Below are positions 1 through 9,749 of a stretch of DNA of 64,000 bases, piece by piece. A model generated the notes under the pieces. That model saw nothing but the letters and a program-made list of their open reading frames with translations. It searched no databases and was not told the DNA's origin. Source of the DNA: Lachnospiraceae bacterium (GTDB lineage Bacteria; Bacillota_I; Bacilli_A; RFN20; CAG-826). The DNA lies in assembly GCA_963654425.1 (NCBI GenBank), contig CAVKAR010000004.1, forward strand, positions 5,293-69,292, written 5' to 3'. A program made the translations under genes and the position numbers. The stretch's first letter is position 1, and every line of letters begins with the position of its first letter.

Positions 1-205
1 TGTCGATTTCTTTCAGGAATTTGATGGTGATATCGGGAACGTTTCTTCCCTCGTAATTCTTCAAAAAGGAATTTTTGAAGGAAGAAGGGAGCGCACCAAG
101 ACCAGCGGTAATGGCAAGAGAAAGGAAAACAACGAGAAAATTGCCGATGAATCTTCCTTTATTGGAGAAAAAAGTGCGAAATACGGTTTTTTCAAAAGCT
201 TTCAC
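1..205 (-). CDS. ABC transporter permease (FtsX/MacB-like), 5' part only; gene runs past the window start
   Basis: My minus-strand translation from GTG 205..203 gives [43 protein letters not shown]..., a short N-terminus followed by a hydrophobic helix. The GTG overlaps the TGA of the upstream ATPase gene (GTGA), which suggests translational coupling. Confidence 0.5.
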   Translation of the reverse strand, partial: MKAFEKTVFRTFFSNKGRFIGNFLVVFLSLAITAGLGALPSSFKNSFLKNYEGRNVPDITIKFLKEID

Positions 206-906
206 CACTCTATCTCCTTAATGTCTTTGGGATGCTCATTATGCTCATCGAGGACAATGCGGCCGTTTTTGATTTTGATTAAATGGTCACCCATCTCCTT
301 GAGAGCGCTATTATGGGTAACGATAATGACGGTTTTGCCTTCTTTGCGCGAAGCATCGGAAAGCAAAGAAAGGATTTCCTTGCCTGTTTCGTAATCAAGA
401 GCCCCTGTAGGTTCATCGCAAAGGATGATTTTCGGGTTTTTCGCAAGCGCTCTGGCGATGGAGACGCGTTGCTGCTCACCTCCGGAAAGCTGACTCGGAA
501 AATTATTCATCCTTTCGCCAAGGCCAACTTTTTTAAGCGTTTCTTCGAGATTGAGCGCATCTTTTTTGAGCTCAGTCGCAAGTTCAAGATTCTCTTTGGC
601 TGTGAGATTTGGCATGAGATTGTAGAATTGGAAAACGAATCCGACGTCATTCCGCCGATAATCCGTTCTTTTCCGCGATGTATATTTGGCGATATTCTCT
701 TTGCCGATGATCAAAGATCCGCTTGTAGGAGCATCCATTCCCCCAATCAGGTTGAGCAAGGTGCTTTTTCCAGCCCCGGAAGGGCCGACGATAACCGTTA
801 GCTCGCCTTCTTCGATGCTGAAAGAGACATCCGATAAGGCTTTGACTTTGCTGTCGCCTTCGCCGAATTCCTTGCATAATGACTCGGCCCTCATTATAAC
901 GCTCAT
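202..906 (-). CDS. ABC transporter ATP-binding protein (MacB/LolD-like)
   Basis: Walker [10 protein letters not shown], signature LSGGEQQR, Walker [13 protein letters not shown]-loop VTHN. I moved the start to ATG 906 (MSVIMRAE...), which is preceded by GGGAGGGG; the ORF-track start at 942 has no SD. Confidence 0.9.
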   Translation of the reverse strand: MSVIMRAESLCKEFGEGDSKVKALSDVSFSIEEGELTVIVGPSGAGKSTLLNLIGGMDAPTSGSLIIGKENIAKYTSRKRTDYRRNDVGFVFQFYNLMPNLTAKENLELATELKKDALNLEETLKKVGLGERMNNFPSQLSGGEQQRVSIARALAKNPKIILCDEPTGALDYETGKEILSLLSDASRKEGKTVIIVTHNSALKEMGDHLIKIKNGRIVLDEHNEHPKDIKEIEW

Positions 907-1042
907 CTTTTCCCCTCCCTGACCGCTAAATGATAAACACAATGAATTCCAAATTCATTGGTATATTTTTTCTTTTCCAGCCATGTTTAATTTCTCTATA
1001 GCGAAAGAAAAAGAAGTAGAATAAAAAGACAAGGGAAAAGCG

Positions 1043-3502
1043 ATGGAAAAAAAGATCATAGTTGCCAAAGAAGAATACGACCCCATCCTTTTGTCGTTAA
1101 AGGAGAAGGATCCGCTCTTATCCTTCAAAATTATCCATCCGGGCGATTTTGTCTCATTGTGCTCTTTTTCTTATAAATCAGACCCCTTGCCTACTCTCAT
1201 TTGCGAATTCGGATATGGATATAATCAAGCCAAAAAATGCGCAAAGCTTCTTCAGGTCGCCGATTTGAGCAAAAACGCTGAATTGTCTACGATATTCGAG
1301 CGTTTGAAAGACCTTGATTTGATTGCTGTCGATCTCTATGGAGGCCTCGAGCTTTCCTTGGCTTCCGTCTGTTTTCTTGAGATGAAAGACGATGAGGAGC
1401 TTCATTTGCTCGCCAAAAGAAAGAAGATACCGTTTAACGACGTTACCCTTGCCGATTTAGGTCTAAGGATGAATAACGATGAGAGTAAAACGTCTTTGCC
1501 CGTTTACGTCTTCAAAAACAAATTCGAGCAGTTCTTCTACGTCTATAGTGATATCCGCAGGAGGCTCGTGGATGGAGAGAAAGCCGAAAATATAGCCATT
1601 CACATCAAAGACGATGCCGATTTGTTTTATTGCGAACTGTGCTCTTCTTTATTCAAGGTCCCGTCTCTAATAAGGATGAGTGTCCCTTTTTTGAGCAACC
1701 GTTCGGTCAAAGCCAAAGTCAACGAGATTTATAGCGGGAAGACATTCGATTGCTTCTATGAAGAAGAGCAAAGCAATGAAGCTTTGAAGGCTTTGCGGGA
1801 ATTGATCTCCTTCTATCGCCTAGAAGAGATTCCCTTTGAAAGAGGCTACGCATCATTGCTGGAGATGCTCTCATCCCTTTCGACAAGCGAGTCTAAAAGC
1901 TCATCAGGGATTATCCTCACGAACAAATATCATCTCGACCCCGATAAGACTATTTACGTGACCGATTTCATTTCCGGCTCATTTTACGAAGTTTACGAGG
2001 ACAATAATATCTTGGATGATAAATCGCTGCGTGAGATCGGGGCGAATCCAAGTTATGTCTTAACCGCCCTTGAGCGAGAGAATAAGCTGAATTATCTGCG
2101 ATATGGCAATATCGCGTCCCTCTCTTACGTAGAGGAGCATCTCAGCGATTCCATTTACCCATCGCAATTCATCGCTGAGCTCCCTATTTATAAAGGCAAA
2201 GCTATGAAAATGAGCGCTCGGAACAGAAACGGCGTTTATACCAAAAAAACGCGCGATATGCTTTTCGCCAAAGAGCTCGACGATGTTTTTTATCGTAAAA
2301 AAATCGATGATTATCGTTCCTATGATCATTCTTACAAGAAAATCGATAAATATTCTTCGCCTTTCAAAAACGGCAGATGCTCAGTGACGAATCTCGAAAA
2401 GTACATAAAGTGCCCATTCGCATACTTGTATGCTTCCTTGCTTCCTGCCGTTAATTCAGACTTCCATTATATGGATCTTGGCACGCTCATTCATAAGGTG
2501 ATGGAATCGATTTACGATGATGGCTTTTCTTTCGACGAAGCTTTTTCGAAAGGCGAAGCGGAATACAAAGAGGCGATGAAAAAGCGTGGGCAAGAATTCG
2601 GGAACGCGGAAAAGGCGTACTTGAGAATAGTCTATCCGCATTTAAAGAGAGTAGTTGGCGAATTGCGGGCTTGGAAAGACTGGAGCGATATCTATAGCGA
2701 GATCGAAGAGCAAAGAATCGAGTGGGATTTGATGGATGGCGATAAAAAATACCACTTCCTCGGGCGCATCGACAAATTGATCGTTTTTGGCAAAGACAAA
2801 CCGGAATTTTATTATCTAATCGACTACAAAACCGGCGGTGAGTCCTTTATTCCGGAAACGGTGTTTTTAGGTTCATCAACGCAGCTTCCTCTTTACGCTT
2901 ACGCTTTGGAGAGCAACCTTGATTTGAAGCAAAAATTGGTTTCATCAGCACGTTTTGCCGGATTTGGCATTCAACAAATGTATTCCTCATCCATCAAAAG
3001 CGCTTATCTCGACAAAAAAGGATATCTTTCCGAAAAAACATTCTATAAAAGCAGCGCTTTCAGCGGGGTGAGCCTCACCTCGATGGAAGAAGGATTTTGG
3101 AATTTGGCGGATAGGACGGCATTTGGCGGCAAAAACGAATCGAAATGCACAGGAGATGGATACTTCATGTGCGGGAAGCAGAGTTTCATTTCGCCCGACG
3201 AAGGAAGCGTCTTCAAAGAAAATACCCAGAAGAAATTCAGGGATTATACGCTCAACGAACTCATCGAGGATGCCAAAAAGAGCACCATGGAGACCATTAG
3301 GAAAATCGAAAGCGGCGAATTCCCGATAGCCCCGACAAACAAAGAAACGCTTTTGAAACCACCTTCTGGCAATAATTCGGATTTATCATGCAAATATTGC
3401 CTATATGGCGATATCTGCTATCACGATGCTTATAAAGACGGGAAAGATTGCTCTCGCCTTATAAAGGAGTATTTCCGGAAAGGAGAAGAAGATGGTCGAT
3501 GA
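1043..3502 (+). CDS. addB: AddB/RexB-type helicase-nuclease subunit B (short form, no N-terminal Walker A)
   Basis: C-terminal PD-(D/E)XK motif GRIDKLIVF...YYLIDYKTG. The four-Cys Fe-S pattern typical of AddB is present (KCPFAY ... CKYCLYGDIC, C-x2-C-x5-C). The gene overlaps addA by 11 nt. No GxGKT motif is visible in the N-terminal region. Confidence 0.8.
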   Translation: MEKKIIVAKEEYDPILLSLKEKDPLLSFKIIHPGDFVSLCSFSYKSDPLPTLICEFGYGYNQAKKCAKLLQVADLSKNAELSTIFERLKDLDLIAVDLYGGLELSLASVCFLEMKDDEELHLLAKRKKIPFNDVTLADLGLRMNNDESKTSLPVYVFKNKFEQFFYVYSDIRRRLVDGEKAENIAIHIKDDADLFYCELCSSLFKVPSLIRMSVPFLSNRSVKAKVNEIYSGKTFDCFYEEEQSNEALKALRELISFYRLEEIPFERGYASLLEMLSSLSTSESKSSSGIILTNKYHLDPDKTIYVTDFISGSFYEVYEDNNILDDKSLREIGANPSYVLTALERENKLNYLRYGNIASLSYVEEHLSDSIYPSQFIAELPIYKGKAMKMSARNRNGVYTKKTRDMLFAKELDDVFYRKKIDDYRSYDHSYKKIDKYSSPFKNGRCSVTNLEKYIKCPFAYLYASLLPAVNSDFHYMDLGTLIHKVMESIYDDGFSFDEAFSKGEAEYKEAMKKRGQEFGNAEKAYLRIVYPHLKRVVGELRAWKDWSDIYSEIEEQRIEWDLMDGDKKYHFLGRIDKLIVFGKDKPEFYYLIDYKTGGESFIPETVFLGSSTQLPLYAYALESNLDLKQKLVSSARFAGFGIQQMYSSSIKSAYLDKKGYLSEKTFYKSSAFSGVSLTSMEEGFWNLADRTAFGGKNESKCTGDGYFMCGKQSFISPDEGSVFKENTQKKFRDYTLNELIEDAKKSTMETIRKIESGEFPIAPTNKETLLKPPSGNNSDLSCKYCLYGDICYHDAYKDGKDCSRLIKEYFRKGEEDGR

Positions 3503-6500
3503 GTCCAAATTCAACAAACAGCAACTCGACGCCATCTTAGCCTCAAGCCAAGAGGACATCTTGATTTCGGCTGGGGCGGGAAGCGGAAAAACGAATACTC
3601 TTTCCGAACGCGTGAGTGAAATGCTTCTGAAAGGCGAGATTGAACCAAGCGAGCTGCTTGTCTTGACTTTCACGAACAACGCCGCCCATGAAATGAAGGA
3701 ACGCATCATCGCAAAATTCCCGAAAGAGGAAAAAGAAAAAGCCAGAGAGCTTCTTTCCAGCCACATTCAAACATTCGATTCCTTGTATCAATACCTTGTT
3801 TCTTCTTACGCAAACGAACTTGGGCTTTCCTCAAACCTGAATTTGTTGGATGAAGCGATCGAGAAGACGAAGCAAAATGAAATCATCGATTCTATTTTTG
3901 CCTCATATTACGAAAATCCCAGCAAAAGCGATACGTTGTTATCGATAATTCGGAAATTCGATATGAAAAAAGACACGCAGACCAAGAAAATCATTCTCGG
4001 TTTGTGGGATGAGATAAGCAAACTCAATAGCAAGGACAAGGAAGCTTTTTTCAGCGAATATGAATCCCGTTATTTAAGCGAGGAATTTATCGAGCAGCGA
4101 TATCACGAACTGGTAGCATCATCGAAATGCGAATTCGAGCAGTTTATTTACGAGGCTGCCTTCGCCGAATATTTTTATCCGCTTTATTCGAAAGAGGATT
4201 GTTCGATGGAAAAGTCCAAGGAAGCTTTTTCCAGCTCTGCGTTTTGGGAAACCCCGTACACGAATTTCGTTTTTGCCGAAGATGGCGTTGTTGACCAGAT
4301 GTATCGGAAAATGCTCGATATATTGTCGTTGGGGGATGAAGAATACGTCGCGAAAGTCAATTCGTTCAAAGATGATAACGAATCTTTTTTCGGAAGATCG
4401 ATAAAAGCGTTGGGCAAAGAGAACAAAAATCGTCTTGAGGCCCCTTGGAAAATACTTAAGAGCGCCTGGAGCGAAAATTCACCAGCGATTATCCCAGTCC
4501 TTAACCTTTCTAGCAAAAAAGAAGAGCTCGACAAGCTTATGTATTATCGTGACGATATCGCTTTTATGCTTGCTTTGATTAAGGAAGCGGATGCCATTTT
4601 CACCGATTTCAAAAAAGCGTCAAATTCCTTCACTTTCTCCGATTATGCCGAATTAGCGCTTGCTTTGATGAATGATCCGAAGTATGAAAAATGCGCAAAA
4701 GAGATCAGGAATCGTTTCTCTTACATCATGGTCGATGAATATCAGGACACCAATCCCAAGCAAGAAGCCCTTCTATCGAGTTTGCTTAAAGAGAGAGACG
4801 ATGGAACGCGATCCCATTTGTTTGCAGTCGGCGATGCAAAACAAAGCATATATTTGTTCAACGGAAGCGAAGTGGCTCTTTTCAGAAATCGCCAAAAGCA
4901 GTATATGTCTGGACCGGGCCATCGCGTCATAAACATGAACCTAAATTACCGAAGCGGGAAAAAGCTTTTGGACGAAATCAATTATATCTGCTCTTATTTC
5001 ATGAGGCTTGATCATGGTTTCATTGATTACAAAGACGATATTTCGGAGCATCTCCTGTATGACGATAAGGTAAATCTTTATAACAAAGAGTATGCCAATT
5101 TCGGCATCTCCCGCATAATCTCGCCGAATAGGCCAATCATAAAAGAAAAACGTCAGGCCTCCAATAATAAAATCCGGGAAGCCCTTTTGATCGTCAACGA
5201 TATCAAAAAGAAAATAAAAGACGGATATCCGGTTTATGATCGCGGCGAAAAAGCCGTGCGTCCTTGCCGTTTGAATGATTTCGCGATTCTTTCTAGCGTA
5301 AAAAGCTCATTTAGGACTTATGAACAGATATTCACTCAAAGCGGAATAAAACTTAACAAAAAAGTTTCCGACAATCTTCGCGAAACGGATGCCATTATCC
5401 TGATTGAATCAATACTCAGGATGTATGCCTATTATTGTGGGGATGAAAGCGAGGATAGAAGACATTTGTTTGCTTCGATCGCACGAAGCTATGCTTATGA
5501 ATATAGCGACAGCAAGCTTTATGAGCTCTTGCATTACGAAGAAGGCGAAGACCCTTATCTTAAATTGAAATCTGACCCACTTTGGATACAGATCGAAAGC
5601 TTTTCGAGAAAGAATATCCTCAATCCTTTCAGCGATGTCTTTTTATCGCTCATCGATGAATTCCATGTGATCGACCATTTGCCGAAGATAGGGGAAATCG
5701 CCAACAACTTAGCCAAAATCGAGTCGTTATATCAAATGGTTCTTGATAACGAGGCGATAGGGAATGGCGTTAAAGAGTTTTTGGGAATGCTTTCGGAGAT
5801 GGACAAACATGCGCTTGAATACAAAGCTGAAACGCTCACGCAGTGCGAAGATGCCGTCGATATGATGACAATCCATGCTTCAAAAGGGTTAGAGCGCAAA
5901 ATCGTTTATTTGCCTGTCTCGCTCAATGCGATGAGCAAAGGCGATAACCGCAATAAGGCGATTTTCACTTTTTCCCTAGATAAAGGGATTGCTTTGCCAT
6001 ACCTAAAATTCGAGCCAACTGAGCCTTATTCTCCGCTTAACCCGTATACGGTATCGACTGATACCATATTGACGCGGAAGAAAACAAATCATGAGAATGA
6101 CCCCTTTATCGATGACCACACACGCCTTTTCTATGTAGCTTTGACGAGGGCCGAGAACCAGCTCATCATCGTTGGGGATGATGAGCGGCGCAAAGAGAAT
6201 CTTTATGAGATGCTCAATTCTTGCCCTCATTTCATCAAGCTGAACGATGAATATTTCTTGAAGATGGTAGAAAAAGGAGTGATTAGGAAAAAAGATTATG
6301 AGACCTTCATTTCTTACGGTGAGATGAGCAAGAAAGTCTCCCTCCCTTTCTCATCTTTGCCTTCTCTATCAGCTTTAAGAGCATATAAGAAAGTAGGCGA
6401 AGATTATTATTTGAAAGCCCCTTTGATAGCCCAAAACGATTATCTCGATGCTTTCTGCTTGTCTTTATATGACTATTACTGCGAAAAAATAAAGAAAATC

Positions 6501-7499
6501 AACGATCTCGATGAGTTGACGCGTTTATATGTTGCCTTATTCATGCCAACGCTTCCAAGAGAGGCGAATATCGATTCGTTCTCCTCTTTGTCTTCGTATT
6601 TGGATGAAAAAAGCGAAGATGAAACAACGATTGAGATTGAGTGCGAAGAAGATGAAGGAGAGAGCGAAGAGAATGGCGACGAGGTAAATACGGCTCTCTT
6701 TTCATTGCCAAAGATGAAAACGGCTGATAGAAGAGCGCTTATTAAGGATTCTTTCGTGCACCTATTGTCCAATGACTATAAATATTTCTCCATCAAGATT
6801 TCCGGGAAGGTGACTGAAGATGACGCGAAACTTGCGATGAGCAAACTTTTCACCCCGTCTTTGGCGGAATACTTTGATGAGACAACCTATTTAGCCTACA
6901 CATCATATGAAAACGAAGGATATGAAGACAAAGTGTTTTTCGCCGAAGATAATTTGGCATTTGGTCAAATAAAGCCCGCAAAACCCCCTTATTTTATTGA
7001 GCCACGTGTTGATGAACGTGAATTTGTGTTGAAAGTTCGCGAGCATAAAAGGGCTAGCAAGAAGATTGTTCTCGCTGACGAGAATGCACCTTCCTCATTC
7101 ATCTTGGAAAGAGGCAGCGAACTTCATCGCCATCTTGAAATGGTCGATATCGCGAAAGGCGACGTGTCATTTATCGCTGACTATGATGAAAGAAGGCTTA
7201 TCAAGCGTGTGCTTGATTTGCCGGTTATGCGTTTGGCAAAAGAATCGATCATTCATACCGAATATCAATTCATGGATCGAAACGCCAATTCGACAGGATC
7301 AATCGACTTGCTTTTCATCCATGACGATGAATATTACATCGTGGATTACAAAACAAGTCACATCAACGATCCCGCATACAAAGAGCAATTAATGGTTTAC
7401 GCAGAGAACGTATCGCGGATTTTCCACGTTGATAAAGAGAAAATTCATCTGTATTTGATCTCCATTCTTAAAGGTGAGGAAAAAGAAATAGAATATTAA
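3492..7499 (+). CDS. addA: AddA/RexA ATP-dependent helicase-nuclease subunit A (UvrD/Rep SF1)
   Basis: Walker A GAGSGKT, motif II VDEYQDT, TIHASKGLE, VALTRA. C-terminal RecB-type nuclease motif GSIDLLFIHDDEYYIVDYKT. At 1,335 aa it carries an acidic insertion (EIECEEDEGESEENGDE) before the nuclease domain. Confidence 0.9.
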   Translation: MVDESKFNKQQLDAILASSQEDILISAGAGSGKTNTLSERVSEMLLKGEIEPSELLVLTFTNNAAHEMKERIIAKFPKEEKEKARELLSSHIQTFDSLYQYLVSSYANELGLSSNLNLLDEAIEKTKQNEIIDSIFASYYENPSKSDTLLSIIRKFDMKKDTQTKKIILGLWDEISKLNSKDKEAFFSEYESRYLSEEFIEQRYHELVASSKCEFEQFIYEAAFAEYFYPLYSKEDCSMEKSKEAFSSSAFWETPYTNFVFAEDGVVDQMYRKMLDILSLGDEEYVAKVNSFKDDNESFFGRSIKALGKENKNRLEAPWKILKSAWSENSPAIIPVLNLSSKKEELDKLMYYRDDIAFMLALIKEADAIFTDFKKASNSFTFSDYAELALALMNDPKYEKCAKEIRNRFSYIMVDEYQDTNPKQEALLSSLLKERDDGTRSHLFAVGDAKQSIYLFNGSEVALFRNRQKQYMSGPGHRVINMNLNYRSGKKLLDEINYICSYFMRLDHGFIDYKDDISEHLLYDDKVNLYNKEYANFGISRIISPNRPIIKEKRQASNNKIREALLIVNDIKKKIKDGYPVYDRGEKAVRPCRLNDFAILSSVKSSFRTYEQIFTQSGIKLNKKVSDNLRETDAIILIESILRMYAYYCGDESEDRRHLFASIARSYAYEYSDSKLYELLHYEEGEDPYLKLKSDPLWIQIESFSRKNILNPFSDVFLSLIDEFHVIDHLPKIGEIANNLAKIESLYQMVLDNEAIGNGVKEFLGMLSEMDKHALEYKAETLTQCEDAVDMMTIHASKGLERKIVYLPVSLNAMSKGDNRNKAIFTFSLDKGIALPYLKFEPTEPYSPLNPYTVSTDTILTRKKTNHENDPFIDDHTRLFYVALTRAENQLIIVGDDERRKENLYEMLNSCPHFIKLNDEYFLKMVEKGVIRKKDYETFISYGEMSKKVSLPFSSLPSLSALRAYKKVGEDYYLKAPLIAQNDYLDAFCLSLYDYYCEKIKKINDLDELTRLYVALFMPTLPREANIDSFSSLSSYLDEKSEDETTIEIECEEDEGESEENGDEVNTALFSLPKMKTADRRALIKDSFVHLLSNDYKYFSIKISGKVTEDDAKLAMSKLFTPSLAEYFDETTYLAYTSYENEGYEDKVFFAEDNLAFGQIKPAKPPYFIEPRVDEREFVLKVREHKRASKKIVLADENAPSSFILERGSELHRHLEMVDIAKGDVSFIADYDERRLIKRVLDLPVMRLAKESIIHTEYQFMDRNANSTGSIDLLFIHDDEYYIVDYKTSHINDPAYKEQLMVYAENVSRIFHVDKEKIHLYLISILKGEEKEIEY

Positions 7500-8224
7500 T
7501 CGTGGCGTCTAGGGTCTATGAAAGTTTCGGAGAAACGGCCTGAAAAAGAGGGCTTCAAGCCTTTGATGGCAAGATGGGAAGTGTCGCCGAAGGATGTCAG
7601 TCTCCATTGAGCGATGCCTTCGCGCCTTTCTTCGGAATATAGAGTCGTTATCGAACTTGGGGCGGCGCAGAAATATTGGACGATATTGATGGGGCTTGCG
7701 TTTATAAGATGCGAGACCATCATTGAGATTACCCCGAAATGGCAAAAGAAGGCTATGGTTCTCTCGTTTCCATGAGTCACTCTATAGTGATGATTTTCCC
7801 TTACGTACCCATTTGAAGAAAGCACTTCGTCTAAGCCGTTGCATACGGCAAGATATTTGTCTTTGAAGTCACTATCCCTGTATTCTTCGACACTAGATAG
7901 ATATTCACTCAACGAATAAGCGCCATCACCTGCTTTTTCCAATGTCAAAGGAAGAAAATCCCAGGCATTGCTTCGCCCATCATGCCTTACCTTCGCATCG
8001 AATTCGCGGAGCCAATCCTTTGTTGCCGGAGATAAGCGATAGCCGCTTTCTTTCAAATATGCTTCCATTGTTTTTTGCGCGCGTCCAAGCGGTGAGCAAT
8101 AGATGCTGTCTATTTTTTCGTTGCATAAAAAAGACGCGAGGGCCCTAGCCTCTTCTTTACCGGTCATAGTGAGCGAATCGTGCTCATAATCCGGATCGGC
8201 GTGACGAATGAAAAGAAGCCTCAT
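7496..8224 (-). CDS. Histidine phosphatase family protein (phosphoglycerate-mutase-like)
   Basis: N-terminal LLFIRHADPDY (RHG-type catalytic His motif), then SPLGRAQKT and an internal CHFGV His motif. Confidence 0.8.
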   Translation of the reverse strand: MRLLFIRHADPDYEHDSLTMTGKEEARALASFLCNEKIDSIYCSPLGRAQKTMEAYLKESGYRLSPATKDWLREFDAKVRHDGRSNAWDFLPLTLEKAGDGAYSLSEYLSSVEEYRDSDFKDKYLAVCNGLDEVLSSNGYVRENHHYRVTHGNERTIAFFCHFGVISMMVSHLINASPINIVQYFCAAPSSITTLYSEERREGIAQWRLTSFGDTSHLAIKGLKPSFSGRFSETFIDPRRHD

Positions 8225-8227
8225 TGT

Positions 8228-8800
8228 TTAGCTATTGATGGCCTCAAAAGCCCTGGCGACCTTTGTTTTCTTATTCACTTCGAATGGGATGTCGTATTTA
8301 GCGAACAGTTCGCGAAGAAGTTTTTCGGCTTCGGCCTCGTTATTGTATTCCAGCTCTATCTCATAATCTTTTTTGCCGGAATAGTTGTTCTCGTCGATGG
8401 ATAGCTTCCCTTCAAAATAAGGGACGTCGATGCGATTTGTCGTCAAACTCGTCTTCACTTTAAGAGTGGAGACATCCACATCCAGCATCGTCAAAAAGCG
8501 CTTAAGGTCGTTTTCGGGGAATATTCCCTTGCGGGTGAAATCATCGAATGCCGCCTCGCTCAATGGCTCGTTTTTCTCAAGCAAGCCATGGCTTAGAGGC
8601 GTTTTCAAAGTCATTTCATAATGACCGTATTTTTCCCTAATGCGAAGGGCTAGCCCTTCTTTGCGGAGATATCCATCGTCGTTATCGATGTAGAAATTCG
8701 TTTGGATAAAGTGCCTATAAGTGTGAAAGGCGTTTACAAGTTTCTCGTAATCGGCTTTGCCGACGAGTGCTTTTGCTTCAATTTCGATTGCGTTGCTCAT
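8228..8800 (-). CDS. CYTH-domain protein (triphosphate tunnel metalloenzyme-like)
   Basis: N-terminal IEIEAKALV (ExExK signature) and later DYEIELEY strands. SD AGAGGAG lies upstream of ATG 8800. Confidence 0.7.
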   Translation of the reverse strand: MSNAIEIEAKALVGKADYEKLVNAFHTYRHFIQTNFYIDNDDGYLRKEGLALRIREKYGHYEMTLKTPLSHGLLEKNEPLSEAAFDDFTRKGIFPENDLKRFLTMLDVDVSTLKVKTSLTTNRIDVPYFEGKLSIDENNYSGKKDYEIELEYNNEAEAEKLLRELFAKYDIPFEVNKKTKVARAFEAINS

Positions 8801-8816
8801 AGCTTGCTCCTCTTTG

Positions 8817-8825
8817 TGGTATTAT
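8817..8825 (+). promoter_or_regulatory. Extended -10 box TGGTATTAT, 6 nt upstream of ATG 8832 (leaderless-type)
   Basis: TGGTATTAT, then ACTCCT, then ATG. No SD in between. Confidence 0.35.
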
Positions 8826-8831
8826 ACTCCT

Positions 8832-9209
8832 ATGTCTTTTTATTTACCTATCATCTATGATGACTTCTTGCTGCAAAACATTTGGTGGATTGCCGCTATC
8901 GGGGCGGTGCTTGTCATCGCTCTCCTCATATTCATCGACAAACGGTTTTTGTCTAAACCGAAAAAAGCCGCGATAAGCGAAGAGACGGTCTCCCTTTATT
9001 TGGAGGCTTTAGGCGGAAAGGATAACGTAAGGGAAAAAACCTTAGAAGGCAGTCGTATTATTCTTAAATTGAACGATTATGGCGCCGTGAACCGCGATAA
9101 GCTGCGCGAAGCGGGCGTTACTGGCTTCATTCAGATGAGCGATCGCTTGACCCTTGTTATCAAAGGCAACGCCATGGAAGTCTACGATAAAATATTCCCT
9201 AACGCGTGA
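8832..9209 (+). CDS. Membrane-anchored PTS EIIB(Glc)-like domain protein lacking the phospho-cysteine
   Basis: One N-terminal TM helix (WWIAAIGAVLVIALLIFI). YLEALGGKDNV...EGSRIILKLND...GVTGFIQMSDRLTLVIKG...VYDKI aligns with the EIIB pattern ALGGKENI..CxTRLR..GV.GV...QVIIG. The active-site Cys position is Gly. I trimmed the start to ATG 8832 to avoid overlapping the CYTH gene. Confidence 0.55.
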   Translation: MSFYLPIIYDDFLLQNIWWIAAIGAVLVIALLIFIDKRFLSKPKKAAISEETVSLYLEALGGKDNVREKTLEGSRIILKLNDYGAVNRDKLREAGVTGFIQMSDRLTLVIKGNAMEVYDKIFPNA

Positions 9210-9747
9210 AAACGCGTTTTTTTAAATCCTCGACCGGCAGCCCCATTACGTTATAGTAGGAACCTGCGATTTTTTTGATGAGAGGGTAATTATCTTGGAT
9301 GCCGTATGCTCCGGCTTTGTCTAAAGGCTTGTGGAGTTTAACGTATTCCTTTATCTGCTCTTCGCTCAAACCGTTGAAATAAACTTCCGTCGAGACGGTA
9401 CGCGATATTTCCCTGCTTTTCGAAATATAAGTGTATGCGCTTAAAACGATTTGCTTGTTGCCTTGCTCTAGCTGCAGCATCCTTATCGCATCTTCTTCAT
9501 CGCGTGGCTTCTCAAGCACCTCCCCGTTCAGTATCACGATGGTATCACAGCTTAAGATTTCATCTTCTGGATACTTCGAAAAGAGGGTGTAGGCTTTCAT
9601 TTTGCTCTCTTCGATCGCCAAATCTTTCGGATTCAAAGATGAGTCGAGAAGGCGCTCATCGAAAGATGATGGGATTACTTTGAATGTGGGCGTAATCAAA
9701 GCGAGCAATTCTTTTCGGCGTGGCGATTTGCTGGCTAAAATGAGCAT
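9199..9747 (-). CDS. maf: Maf-like nucleoside triphosphate pyrophosphatase
   Basis: LILASKSPRRKELL N-terminus, DTIV, KAGAYGIQ motifs. Confidence 0.85.
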   Translation of the reverse strand: MLILASKSPRRKELLALITPTFKVIPSSFDERLLDSSLNPKDLAIEESKMKAYTLFSKYPEDEILSCDTIVILNGEVLEKPRDEEDAIRMLQLEQGNKQIVLSAYTYISKSREISRTVSTEVYFNGLSEEQIKEYVKLHKPLDKAGAYGIQDNYPLIKKIAGSYYNVMGLPVEDLKKRVFTR

Positions 9748-9749
9748 CT

